64,000 nt of DNA from Cycas panzhihuaensis (taxonomy: Eukaryota > Plantae > Cycadophyta). This document shows, piece after piece, positions 39,800 to 51,847 of the stretch (positions are counted from its first letter, which is position 1; each line of letters opens with the position of its first letter). A program made the position numbers and the translations under genes. Below the pieces are notes generated by a model, which saw only the letters and a program-made list of their open reading frames with translations, had not been told where the DNA came from and did not search any database. The stretch covers positions 146,513,741 through 146,577,740 of the forward strand of contig CM041465.1 of the NCBI GenBank assembly GCA_023213395.1, in the 5' to 3' direction.

Positions 39800-42700
39800 A
39801 GGTCCTCTTCTATGCCACCTAGGGTAGAAATCGAATCATGCTATGATTGTGGTGAATGTTGGGAGAAAGATAGGCTCTAGGATAGAATGCAAAGGCCCTT
39901 ATTTACTTTTATGCTAAGAAAGTAGGTGAAGAGATGACCATATACATACTCAATAGAGAGAAGAAAGTTAAGAAAGGAAGGTGAGGTAAATGAACAAAAG
40001 TAAGGCATATAATTTAGTGAGGAGATAGTTGAAGCATAGGCGAAACAACATGAGGATGACCAGAGGTGTACAATAGAAGAGGAACCCATAAATAAGGTAT
40101 GAACATAAGTAGAACTCGTTGAAAATAGAAGTCAATAGCAATAGTTGGAAAAAAGTTCCATTGTAAAGGAGATTTTATAGGAGGAAAGAATATTAAACAA
40201 AGGCATTCCTCAATCTAATGATTGACAATAAGATTTGGCCAAAATATATGATTCACAAGAAATCCCAATGCATGAAGAGAATTCTATTAAATTGGGAGCA
40301 TATAGTGTAGTAGAGCAAGCCTGGAATCATCATTATCTAGAAATTTAAACTCCAAGTCACATAATAAATCCCTTCTTTAAATCACTAATGGAAAGCCTAG
40401 GTAGTAGTCTAAGAGAAGGGATAGGTAGTAATACACCACCTGTAGGGGTACAAAGTGGAGTGTTAGATGGAACAAATCAATAAGGCATAACCCCTTATAA
40501 TATTATGCATAGTGACTCTATGTTTTCAATCTTATAATTTGATGGATCTATAAATCTAAGTGATTATTTGGATTTATTCAAAAATATGATTTAAATCAAA
40601 AGAATTATAGATTAAAGTGAAATAAAAGCCACTTTTTGTCAACATTAAAAGGATCAACAATTGTGTGGATTCAATATATATTAGCTTAGCAATTGAGCTG
40701 GGATCAATTATAAGCTCAATTTTTTGATAGATTTTAGAAGCTTAGGGATCTAATAGCCATCTTATAGGCTTTAGAGAAGATTTGACAGTATCCTATAGAA
40801 TTTATTAGTGACTTTGATAGAAGAATTAGAGCTGTTATGAACAAAATACAATTTGCTACAATAATAAATCCCATGCTTGCCATAAAATATTTTGTGTAGG
40901 GATTGATACCATAACTTTAAGATAAAATAATATTACATTTGATGAATAGTTATGAGTAAGTGATGGAGTTAGCCTTAAATTTTGAAAATCAAATGAAGTG
41001 GACCTACTCTCAAATCCCAATGCAATTCTCAATATATTTCTTGATGATGGGTATTAAAACACAATTCTTAGAAATACCATAAATGGGTATGAACCTAAAA
41101 ATTGAAACCTTGAAGAAGGAGATTGAAGCATTAAAATAATAACCACCAATTTTTATTCCATCAAATATACAACAGAATTAGGAGTTAGAAAAATTACATG
41201 TAGAATTATCTTATTTATGAATGGAAAAATCAAGAGAGTATATTCAGTATGCCCTACCTTATAATCAACAAAGACATTTGAAGAGCAAACATAGTGGATC
41301 TTCAAAATGGTATGATAATTATCAATGGAATAACCATAATACTTGAGAATATTTTTCTCAGTCAAAAAATAATAAAGGAGAGGTCTATAATATATATTCG
41401 TAAAAGACAAAATAAAGGATGATGAAGTAATACAAAGGAAAAATAAAACCAATTCATTATTTCTTATGCCAAAGATGGTGACATTATAGATGTAAATGTC
41501 TAGTAGAGAACAAAGTAGGAGAATTATTTGTGACGAGTGTGGACCTACATACCATAAATGGGTAAATTGCCCAAAGAATATTAAGGTACAAAATACAAAC
41601 TTAGTAGATGTGGTTTTGATCAAGGAAATACTAGCATATCTACAAATGCATAGTAGTAAGATAATAGGGCCTCCTCTTCAAGATAATTTTCTAGACCCAA
41701 CAATGTAAAAGCAATGACTTTAGGAAGTAGTAAAAGTTCTTTAAAAAACTATAAGGGAAGCACAATAGGAAGAACTCTAGCAATAATAGAGATTTAAAGG
41801 CTTATATTATAAAAATGGAATCCTTTCCTCCTAGTTAGTCCATAGTGGAATATTATGAATGCATTATAAATAATACTCTAGCATATATAGTGGGCCCAAA
41901 TGGTAAGATACTAGAGGGAAAAAAGCTTAAGTTATTGCAAATTAATATTAGAATAGAGGAGCAGTCTGAAATCATTAATCTAAGAGATTATTGGGATGCA
42001 AATATGGTGCAATGAGCAACCTCACTATTTCTAGAATACAAAGATATTTTTACCTAGTCCTATAAGGACTTAAAAGGTATTTTGCCTAAATTAGATGAGC
42101 ACAAGATAGAATTAATGGAAGGAGCTAAACTAGTAAGATAATGCCCATACCACATAAAACTAAAATATAAGGAGAAGGGAAAAGTAGAACTTGATTAGTT
42201 ACTTAAGTTGGATTATATCTCTAAAGTAGACAATAACAAATAGGTAAATGCAATTATAGTGGTTCCAAAAAAGAATAGAAAACTTAAGAGTCTATGTTAA
42301 TTATAGAGCTTTGAATAAGGCAATAAAGAAGGACACATTTCTTATTCTATTTATCAAAGATATTTTAGAAAAAGTTGTGGGGCATGAGGTTTATTCCTTT
42401 ATAGATGTTTTCAATGGATACAATCAACTACAAATCATAATAGAAGACTAACTAAAGATGACTTTCGTCATAGAATGGGGTACATATGCATTTAGAGATA
42501 TGTCATTTAGATTGATCAAAGCTCCTACTATATTTTAAAGGGTGATCCTCAATATTTTTAAATATACTATTGGAAAAATAAATGAGGTATTTTTAGATGA
42601 TTGGGTGCTTTTCACTCTACTAAAAAACTAGCTTAGTTATTTGTGTTTGATGCTTGAAACCTATACAAAAGGAAAGTTGTGTCTAAATCCTACCAAGTGC

Positions 42701-44700
42701 ATATTCATGATTCCTTTTAGAACTTTGTTAGGCTATGTAGTTACAAAAAATGGGTTACTTACTGATTTTAATAAAGTATATAATTTTAAACTTTTTAGTT
42801 CTTAAAACATAGCTATAGGCCAAGGGATTTCTATAGATGATGGATATTAGCTAAAGTTTATAAAAAATTATACTCGAATAGCCAATCCCTTATAATCCCT
42901 ACTAAAGAAGAAATTTATATGGTAATGGAAATTATAACAATGGCTTAAATTTGAGTTGTTGAAGAAAAAAGTCACATATGTATCAATATTGAGATTTCCT
43001 AATTGGGACAAACCTTTCCACGTACATGTGGATGCTTCTATCAAATGTGTATCAACACAACCAAAGGATACCAAAATAGATCTGTTGATATATTTTTCAA
43101 GCTAAAAGTTAACAGAAGTAGAGTGAATCTATTTGGTTATAAAATAAGAAGGCTTGGATATGGTTTATGCCCTCCAAAAATTTAGACATTATTTATTGAC
43201 TAATCTATTTGTTTTCTTTGTAGACTAGTAAGTCTTATAATATTTGGTTAATAAACCTATTTTATAGGAAAGAATTAGTAGATGTTTGATGTTATTTCAA
43301 GAATTTAATTTTAAAATTATAACTAAAAAAGGAGATAAGCACATAATTCTAGACCTATTATTAATATAAGTGGAAGGAGAACTTACTACAAGGATTTATG
43401 ATTATTTTCCAAATGTATAATTATTTTCTATCGAAGCAATACCTAGGTTGTATGAGAACATTACATAGTATTTTCCCATAGAACAAACACAATTAGGAAT
43501 GAAATGAGTAGAGTGGCAAAGTTTCATTCAGAAAACATTCCTACTTTAGCTAATTTATGGGATGTTATATAAACTAGGACTAAATCATATTTTACAAAGA
43601 TGCATAATGGAAAATAAGTTAGAGGCTATCATCTGAAGAGTACATGAACGTATCACAATAAAGCACCAAGGTGTGGGAGCCACTATTAAAAGATTCTTAT
43701 TAGCTATAATTTAGTATCCTACATTATTCAAAGATACAAAAAATTAGGTTTATAGTTATGATGTATGTTAATAGGTGGGTAAGCCAGTGACAAATCATCT
43801 CATGCCTTTATATCCCCTTTTATCTTAAGCTCTATTCAAAAAATAGGGACTAGATTTCATTGGACCTATTAGCCCACTGGTCAAATAAATGAATGCAAGA
43901 TATATTTTAGTGGCCATGGACTTCCTAGCTAAGTAGACTAAACTAAAACCAATAAAGACATGTGATGCTTGAAGTAAAACTTAATTTTTATATGAAATGA
44001 TTATCATTTGATTTGGCTACCTATTAAAAATTATTTCTAATCAAGGAAGTAGTTTTTTTAATCAAACTATAAATCATCTTACAAGGAGTTTATGATTTAA
44101 TATTTTAAATCTTCTTTATACTATCTTTGAGTAAATAGATAGGTAAAAAGTATGAATAAAATCTTAAAAGTGGCATTATCTAAAATTTTCGATGAAGGAC
44201 AAATAGATTAGGTTCTATGGCTTTACTTAATGTTATAGGCAGATAGAATAATGATAAAAAGACCTCATAAGTAAACATCATTTTAGTTAGTCTATGGACT
44301 AGAAGTTGTACTTCCTCTTGAGTTATAAATAAAAAGCCTGCATGTAGATCTATAACTATGATTAACAAAGAAGGACTCAAGAGATCAATAATTCATGGAA
44401 TTAATAAAAATAGATAAAAAATTAGCAAGGGCCTTATATGAGTTAAAAATAGAAAAATAAAGGCATAAAGCATGGCATGAAAGACACCTTAAAATACCTT
44501 AGTTCCAAGTAGGAAATCTAGTACTTTTGTATGGTACTAAATTTCATTCGAAGCTAAGAAAAATGAATTTGTGATGCCTTAGTCCATACAAGATAAATCT
44601 CATTCGATAGAATGGTGCAGTGCAACTCTAATGACTTGATGGAACATTACTCATTAAAATAATTAATAGAAGTCAACTAAAATGGTACATAACAAGCTAT
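39800..44700 (+). pseudogene. Disrupted gypsy gag-pol
   Basis: Zinc knuckle ICDECGPTYHKWVNCP (~41525-41572); EYKDIF..SYKDLKGI (~42035); RT VFLDDW (~42585-42603); RNase H FHVHVDAS (~43015); integrase GLDFIGPI (~43847), IISNQGSSF (~44030). Confidence 0.92.
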
Positions 44701-44789
44701 ATATATATATATATATATAAACCATGGGAACATATATTCCTTGATTATTTAAAGTATAATAAATTTTTGTATAACTTTCCATAAAAGAT

Positions 44790-45990
44790 AATTATAACTT
44801 AGATGTAGAAAGTTGCAACCCTAGAAGTTGAATTATAGCATTATAAATAAGACAGTTATGACCTAGGGTATAGAAGGTTACAACTAAGGATGTGATTAAT
44901 TATAAACAAGTGGCTCTAACCCAGGACATAGAAGGTTATAATCAAGGAGGTGATTAATTACAATAAGAGAATTATAACCTAGGATGCAAAAGGTTGCAAG
45001 TAATGATATGATTGATTATAATAGAATAATTGCAACCTAGGATCTAGAAGGCTATAATCAAGAACGTGATTAATTATAATAGGATAATTGTAACTTGGAA
45101 TGTAGATGATTACAACCTGAGACATAAAAGGTTACAACCAAGTATGTGATTGATTATAACATAATAGTTGTAACCTAGGATGTAGACAGTTGCAACCAAG
45201 AAGGTGAAAAGTTATAACATCTTATAAAAGATGGCTGTAACCTAGGACACATATAATTACAACCAAGAAGGCAGAAAGTTACAATATAATAGAAGATGGT
45301 TATAACATGGGACATAGATAATTATAACCAAGAAGGTGAAAAGTCGTAATATAAAGAAAGATGATTACAACTTGGGATATAGACGATTGCAATTAAGAAG
45401 GTGGGAAGTTGTAATATCTTAGAAGATAGTTGTAACTTAGGACACAAATGATTACAACCAAGAAGGCAGAAAGTTACAATATAATAGAAGATAGTTATAA
45501 CATGGGACATAGATAATTATAACCAAGAAGGTGAAAAGTCGTAATATAAAGAAAGATTATTACAACTTGGGATATAGACGATTGCAATTAAGAAGGTGGG
45601 AAGTTGTAATATCTTAGAAGATAGTTATAACTTAGGACACAAATGATTACAACTAAGAAGGTAGAAAGTTACAACATAATAGAAGATGGTTGTAACCTAG
45701 GACATAGATGGTTGCAACCAAGAAGGCAAGAAGTTATAACATCATAAAAGAACATTACAACCTGGGATGGTGGTTGCAACCAAGGAGGTAGATAGTTCTA
45801 ACATTACACAAAGGATGGTTGTAATTAGGTGATGATTATAACCAATAAGTTAGAAGGTTATAATCAAAGAAGGAAAAAGTCACAATTAGAACAAAGTTAC
45901 AAATCAACAATTATAATCAATAGCATAGAAGTTATAACTAAGGATGAGAATAGTGATGACTTGGATGAAAAGGTTACAACTAAGGATAAA
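44790..45990 (+). repeat. Hierarchical tandem array of a palindromic motif (21-22 bp, 65 bp, 195 bp periods)
   Basis: GTTGCAAC/GTTGTAAC/GTTACAAC/GTTATAAC cores at 45256, 45278, 45299, 45321...; 195 bp units start at 45256, 45451, 45646. Confidence 0.93.
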
Positions 45991-46659
45991 TTTTAAATAA
46001 GATAGTTGTATCCAAAAAGGAAATAAATAGCAACTTAGAGGGAAATATTAGAGAATGGAAGTCATAAACATTAATAATAGAAAGTCGCTCTTTTAAATAA
46101 AGGAAGTTAGAATCTAGATAAAGAAAGTGAAAATTTTAATAAGAAGATGGTAAAGAATGATCAAACCAGATTGTGATAAAAATTTATAAAATTTATGACT
46201 TACCTCACGAAATATAATGACCTAGAATAAATTATAATTTAAAGAAAATAAATTATTTTCTAGACAATATAGTTAATTGAATTGGAAAAAATGTTTTAGA
46301 AGGAGTAAAGAATTAAGACAATTGTAGTCATGATTAAGTAGTTACAATAATGGAGATACAACCACAAAATAGATATGATTTAAGTGACATATAATAACAA
46401 TAGAATTAAAAGGGCCATAACAAGACATAATGAGGAAAACTAATGATAGAAATCATCTTGATAAGTGGTCATCATACACAATGGTGGTTAATAATGATGT
46501 GACCTAGTTGTAATTAGAACAATGGGTATCGTAACCTATATCTTGAATGATATTGGTTTTGTAAGGAGTGTGAAATACAATACAATAGTTAAAGAAATTT
46601 ATAGTAGTAAAACAAAGTAGAAAATAGAGTAAGTATCAAGAAGTGTAAATGGGATATTG

Positions 46660-48394
46660 AAAATGAAGAACACCTCAAAAATTCATATTATTTTTTAAGA
46701 GAAGATGACAAGAGAATTCAAGTAGAATAGACCACTATGACAGATATAAATAAAAGAAAAATAAACTTAACAAAAGTGGGATTTTCCTAGTACATATAAA
46801 TAGGATTGTTTCTAGTTGCATCTAGTTTTCTGATGATAATGATTTATTTAGTTGTGCATCAACCTGATCTATTGGATATGTCTTCTAAAGTTATCACTTA
46901 GATTTTAGGTTTACCTGACATAGGTGAGGAGGTAGCCAAGGATAAAAGAATTCCTTGGAAATAAGCTACAAAGTAATTGGGAGCTTAGGGATCAAATATC
47001 TCCACTTTAGGAATATGAATTATGGGTATTACATTTGAGCAAAGATAATGGATTGCTCACTTTATTTTCATATAAGTCATATTGAGTCAGAAGAATCTGT
47101 ATGTGCTAACTGAGATGTACTCTATGCTTCTAAGAGTGGTATAAGGATAAAAGTTTAATTAGGTTTCTTTTATCTTTAGTAAGCTTTTAGGAAAATTGAA
47201 TAATATTAAGATTAACACTCTATCTATAGTTTTTTATCATCAAACTCTATTTCAAGGTATACTATGTTCACAATATCTGGGTCTTGATCTACCTTAAATA
47301 AAGCAAGGATAATCTATCCTAAATTATTGGGAAAAAATACTTTAAAAAGAAAGCACATGAAAAAGGATGGTTGAATCAAATTCAGGAAAAGGTAAAAGGT
47401 TGGTTCTTATAGAAGAATAACTTAGATAACCACCAACCTATATTACAAGAGGAGGAATGTACTAAAAGGTAGCAAGAAGAGGTGACCTCACCAGTCAAAG
47501 AACAAAGATAGAAAAAATAAAAGGTGATAAATAGAAAATATGAAAAGGAGAAAGATAAGAGGGAAGAGATTAGAATAGGTAAATAAAAGAAAGGAGAAGA
47601 TGGGGTAAGGAAATTTTGAAAGAATATCCACTAATACAATAGTTAGCCAAGCCTGTGAGCATAAAATAAGAAAGAAAAAAGAGAAAGAAGCTTGCAATAG
47701 AAAAGAGAAAAGAAGAAACAATGAGAATCTTAAATAGCCAATCAACTGAGGTAGACTTTGATTTTAATGAGGAATTTTTAAAAGAAGGAATAGATCTTAT
47801 GGAGTGTAAACCATATAATATGGCACACTAGAAAACTTCCCTCTTGGCCAAGGTGATTCAACAATTGATTAATGAATTAGAAGCTTAGAATAAATGCCCA
47901 CCTCTTGATATACAACAAATATAAAAGGCATAAGACAACTGGTTACTTGTGAAGCCAAGTTAGGATTTCTAATCAAATTTATTACGCATTGGGTAGGTGA
48001 TATATCTAGAGTTGAGCATTAAGTAAAAATTTTTTAGAGCCAATTCAATAGATAAATTCCATTAAGACTGGAGAGGGTCATATTTAGGTTGGGGGGTTGG
48101 ATTTTATAGACACAGGAGGATGATTCTTCTCATGAAAATCATTTTTGGACCATGATTTCTTCATTACAAAGAGAATTAGCTTTGACTAAGTTAAGGAATA
48201 AATAACTAGAGGAAGAAATTGAGTATCTCCATTTAGGAGAGAAGCCTATAATGACCTAATTAGAAGTGTTATATGATGTTAGGATCTTGTATGATCATTG
48301 TAGGAAGCAAGGGATTCCTCTTTCTAGTACAATGTGCCAACCCAACCCTTAGACAACTCACCAAGTAATGGTAAAAATTAGGCAACAACAATGA
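46660..48394 (+). pseudogene. Extra ORF between integrase and PPT (PMD/plant-transposon-protein-like N-part, K/E/R-rich linker, coiled-coil C-part)
   Basis: Translation through stops: ..VIT.ILGLPDIGEEV..VILSQKNLYV..LLRVV.G.KFN(W)VSFIFSKL..VFYHQTLFQG..VDFDFNEEFLKEGIDLMEC..; paralog at 1-1413. Family assignment is from motif resemblance only. Confidence 0.75.
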
Positions 48395-51300
48395 TTTTCA
48401 AATAAAAAAATAAGGGGGTAGGAATGGATTATAAATTTTTAAAAAAATTTAAATTTTATGAGTGAAGGCACTCATAAGAATAGTGACAAGAGAGATGTGT
48501 CCCATATGATTATGTTAATTGTGGTATAATTAAAGGCTAGGTAAAATGAAGGAAGATGGTTATAACATCAATGGAAGATGCATAAATAGAAAAGTGGCCA
48601 TATCAATAATCAGGTAAGTAATTGAAAGTTGGCATTCTTTGGTTGGGAGTAGTTGCAACCAACCATATAATTATAGTCACTTCAAGTAATTAATGGTCAC
48701 AAAAATAGAAATAAACATAGAATGATCTTTGTAAAGGGTATGCATGTGTATATGTATGGAATTTTTCAAGTAATATAGAGTGCCATACACCTATATTAAC
48801 TACAACCAAAAGTTTTATTATATACTACATTCATTCGAATCATGTGCATTATTTTGGGTTTATGGCTAGTTGTGAGAGAACCAAATGCACACCTCATTAA
48901 TATAATAAATATGGTTTGTATTCATTTGATAGTTTGGTGTATGACTCTTGAGTCTGTCATATGATAGAACTAACTAGGATATATATCCTCTCACTTATGC
49001 TTACTTATTAGTGTCATGCATAAAAGAATGCCAATAAGTAGAAGCACACACCCTTTTATTTTGGAGCTCTAAATATTTAAAACTCACATATGAACCAACA
49101 GTGACTATTAGGGGGTAAATGTAAAACTCTATTATAATTAAATTCAATCTTATAGAATATTAGAGAGGAAAAAAGATATAACTACCTGCCCTAGAAATAT
49201 ATCAATAAATTTTTAAGTTTTCCATTTGAATTTCCTTACAAGCACCATTAATCAAAGGACTATAAATGATCTAAATCAAGTCTACAAGTGTCTATCTTGC
49301 CTCTATGTCTTATGAGATTCTAAAAAATGTTTTTAGCACTTAAGTCGATTACCCATTAGAATTGGTAAGTGTGGATTATAACCTACATTTGAACTACATA
49401 AAATCCATATGCTTTTATTTTCTTAGGTATGGGTCTTATTCTTTTAATCTAAGGAAATACTTAGAGATAAGACAAAATCCTAGAAGAAAGAAATAAGAAT
49501 TCATAATATAAGGAATATAATCCCTATGCATGATGAAAAAATATTTATGTATATGTATGGTTTCTAATGAGTGTATTTATAGAGAGCAAACAAAGTCTCT
49601 TTCCTAAGAGCTTATTAGTTTTTTTATCACATCAATTTATTTTATATATTCTCCTAAAATAAATAAACCAAATTATGTATATTATTTCCTTTATAATAAT
49701 CAATCAAATAAAAGATATAAATAAATCAAATAAAAGATAAGAGACTCTTATCTGGTTTAAGAGATGCTTCTATTTGATAATGAGTGAGTGAGCACTCATT
49801 TCCTTATTCAATATTCTTCTTCTTATAAAGCAACACTAAAGAGAAACTAATAAGGCACGTATTATGTGTTAGAAAAATTAAATCTCAAATAAAACCTAGA
49901 TGAGTAAGATTCAAAGATTACCTCATTTAAATATAAGGGAATGTGTGAGTCATGTTAACAAGATACCATGAGAATTCTTCCAAAGTAATGTAGAAAGAGA
50001 AGAAAATCAAATAAGATAAAGAATAAATCAATTATAAGAGAAAATAAAGTAATTAATCATACAAGAGAAATCATAAAATAATAAACAATAAATATCAAAA
50101 ATAAAAAATAAAAATGTGAGTGAAAATGTAAAAATATTAAAACATAAAAAATAAAAACATACCACTAAAATAATATAGTACATTGCAAAAGAATAATGGA
50201 AAACATACAATGATATCATGTATGTGGAGTATAACTTATGTAATAATACCATAGAAACATTAAAGGAGACATGTAGCACAACAAGTGTGATTCTACAAGT
50301 TCACTAATGAGAGAAGAGACAATCTCACACAAATTATATATATGTAGTATATGAGGGACGATATCATAGGAACACCCATGATAGAAGTAATACAAATGTT
50401 GAAACTCCATAGATAAATGTGGTATTATAATAGAAGAAATACAAAATAAAAAATAATAATGGTCTAACTTCTAAAAATATAATCATCACAAAATGGGACA
50501 TAAATTAATCCTTAGTTCAATGATAAAATCATATAAAAATTTAGATAAATAGTGCTTTATTTGAGCAGAAGCAAATAAGAAAGGAATGTTCTCATAGGAT
50601 TTGAAACCCTAAGGAGGCTTATGACAAATGAATCCAAGGAAAATGTATTTATTATAATCTAATTTAGATGATAGATCTTCTAGTTTGATATAGACATTAG
50701 TTTTTAAGAGAAATATATTATTTTTTAAGGATTAATTATGAAGTTGACCTTGAAAAGTAGGAAGTAAGATTATGGGAGGAGACTTAATTATAAAAGAGAT
50801 ATAACTTCTTTATATGGTATTTGTTTCAATATATGAGTACTTGATTCATATCTACATGAAGAGATCTACACAATAGATTATATGAAAGAAGTAATTCTAT
50901 TCATAATCAAGGTAAAAAATATAAAAGTATATAAGTGAAAAGTTGCAAAAGTAAGCAACATCATAATAGAAGAAAAGAAAATGTTTGTTTTGTATATTAA
51001 ATCATCTTTATTATATCTCTAGAATATATGAGATATATTCTTAAAGATGATCGTTATGAGAGATGTGTAACATATACAAGGAAACAAAATAAATTCCAAA
51101 TCAAATGTAACATAAAATAAATTTCAAACAAATACGGGTAATCAAATGTAGTCTTAAGTAAATGAAAAGTAGTTAATGCATGTATGTAAGAAATAAAATC
51201 ATATATTATTTCACCAAAACTTGGCCCTTAATTGATCCTGATGATCATTAACATGTTTCTTGTATTTTTTACATTTGATATGATTGATTGAGGCTTATTT

Positions 51301-51847
51301 TATTATGTATTAGGCCATGTTTTAATGAAATGTGTTATTGATTTTATGGATGATGTATGTTGAATGATGATGATTATATTATTATGTTTTTTTCACTTAT
51401 TGATGGGTGAAAACTATAGCGATAAAAATCTCTCCTTTATGATCATTCCAACTTATTTTTCCTTTGAAACATCATTTCATTTTGGCCTTTTCTTTTTTAT
51501 TTCACCTTTTAAATCATCTCTTTTTCATTATTATTAGGCTTGTACTTATAGTTTTCATCCTTTTTAGGTTACTTTTATCATTGATTAAGTCATTTTTAGT
51601 TTAAATTTTACAATAAAAATTAATTTTGGTTTTTCAATGAAGTGATATTCATTTTTTGAGTTATTCTATTTTTGGTCCTACCAAAAATATGATCGATCAC
51701 ATTTTAATAATAAAGTCACATTTTTTGTCTTTTTTTTTATAAGGTAAAATAATATTAAAGGGGTTTTAACTAGGTCCCCAAACCTTGTACATCAATGCCT
51801 AAAGGCTCATGAAAGATGACCATGACAGGCCCATGGTCTAGCCCAAA

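Larger units (their letters stand above)
39171..49050 (+). mobile_element. Full-length non-chromovirus Ty3/gypsy element with internal repeat array and 3' extra ORF
   Basis: LTRs 39171-39739 and 48496-49050; TSD CCCTT (39166-39170, 49051-49055); PBS 39741-39754; PPT AAGAGAGA 48488-48495; order gag-RT-RH-INT. Confidence 0.95.

Noticed and set aside
44790-45990. CRISPR-like appearance (palindromic repeats with intervening sequence)
   Set aside because: Core only 8-10 bp, spacers are themselves periodic and related, no cas genes, eukaryotic retrotransposon context.
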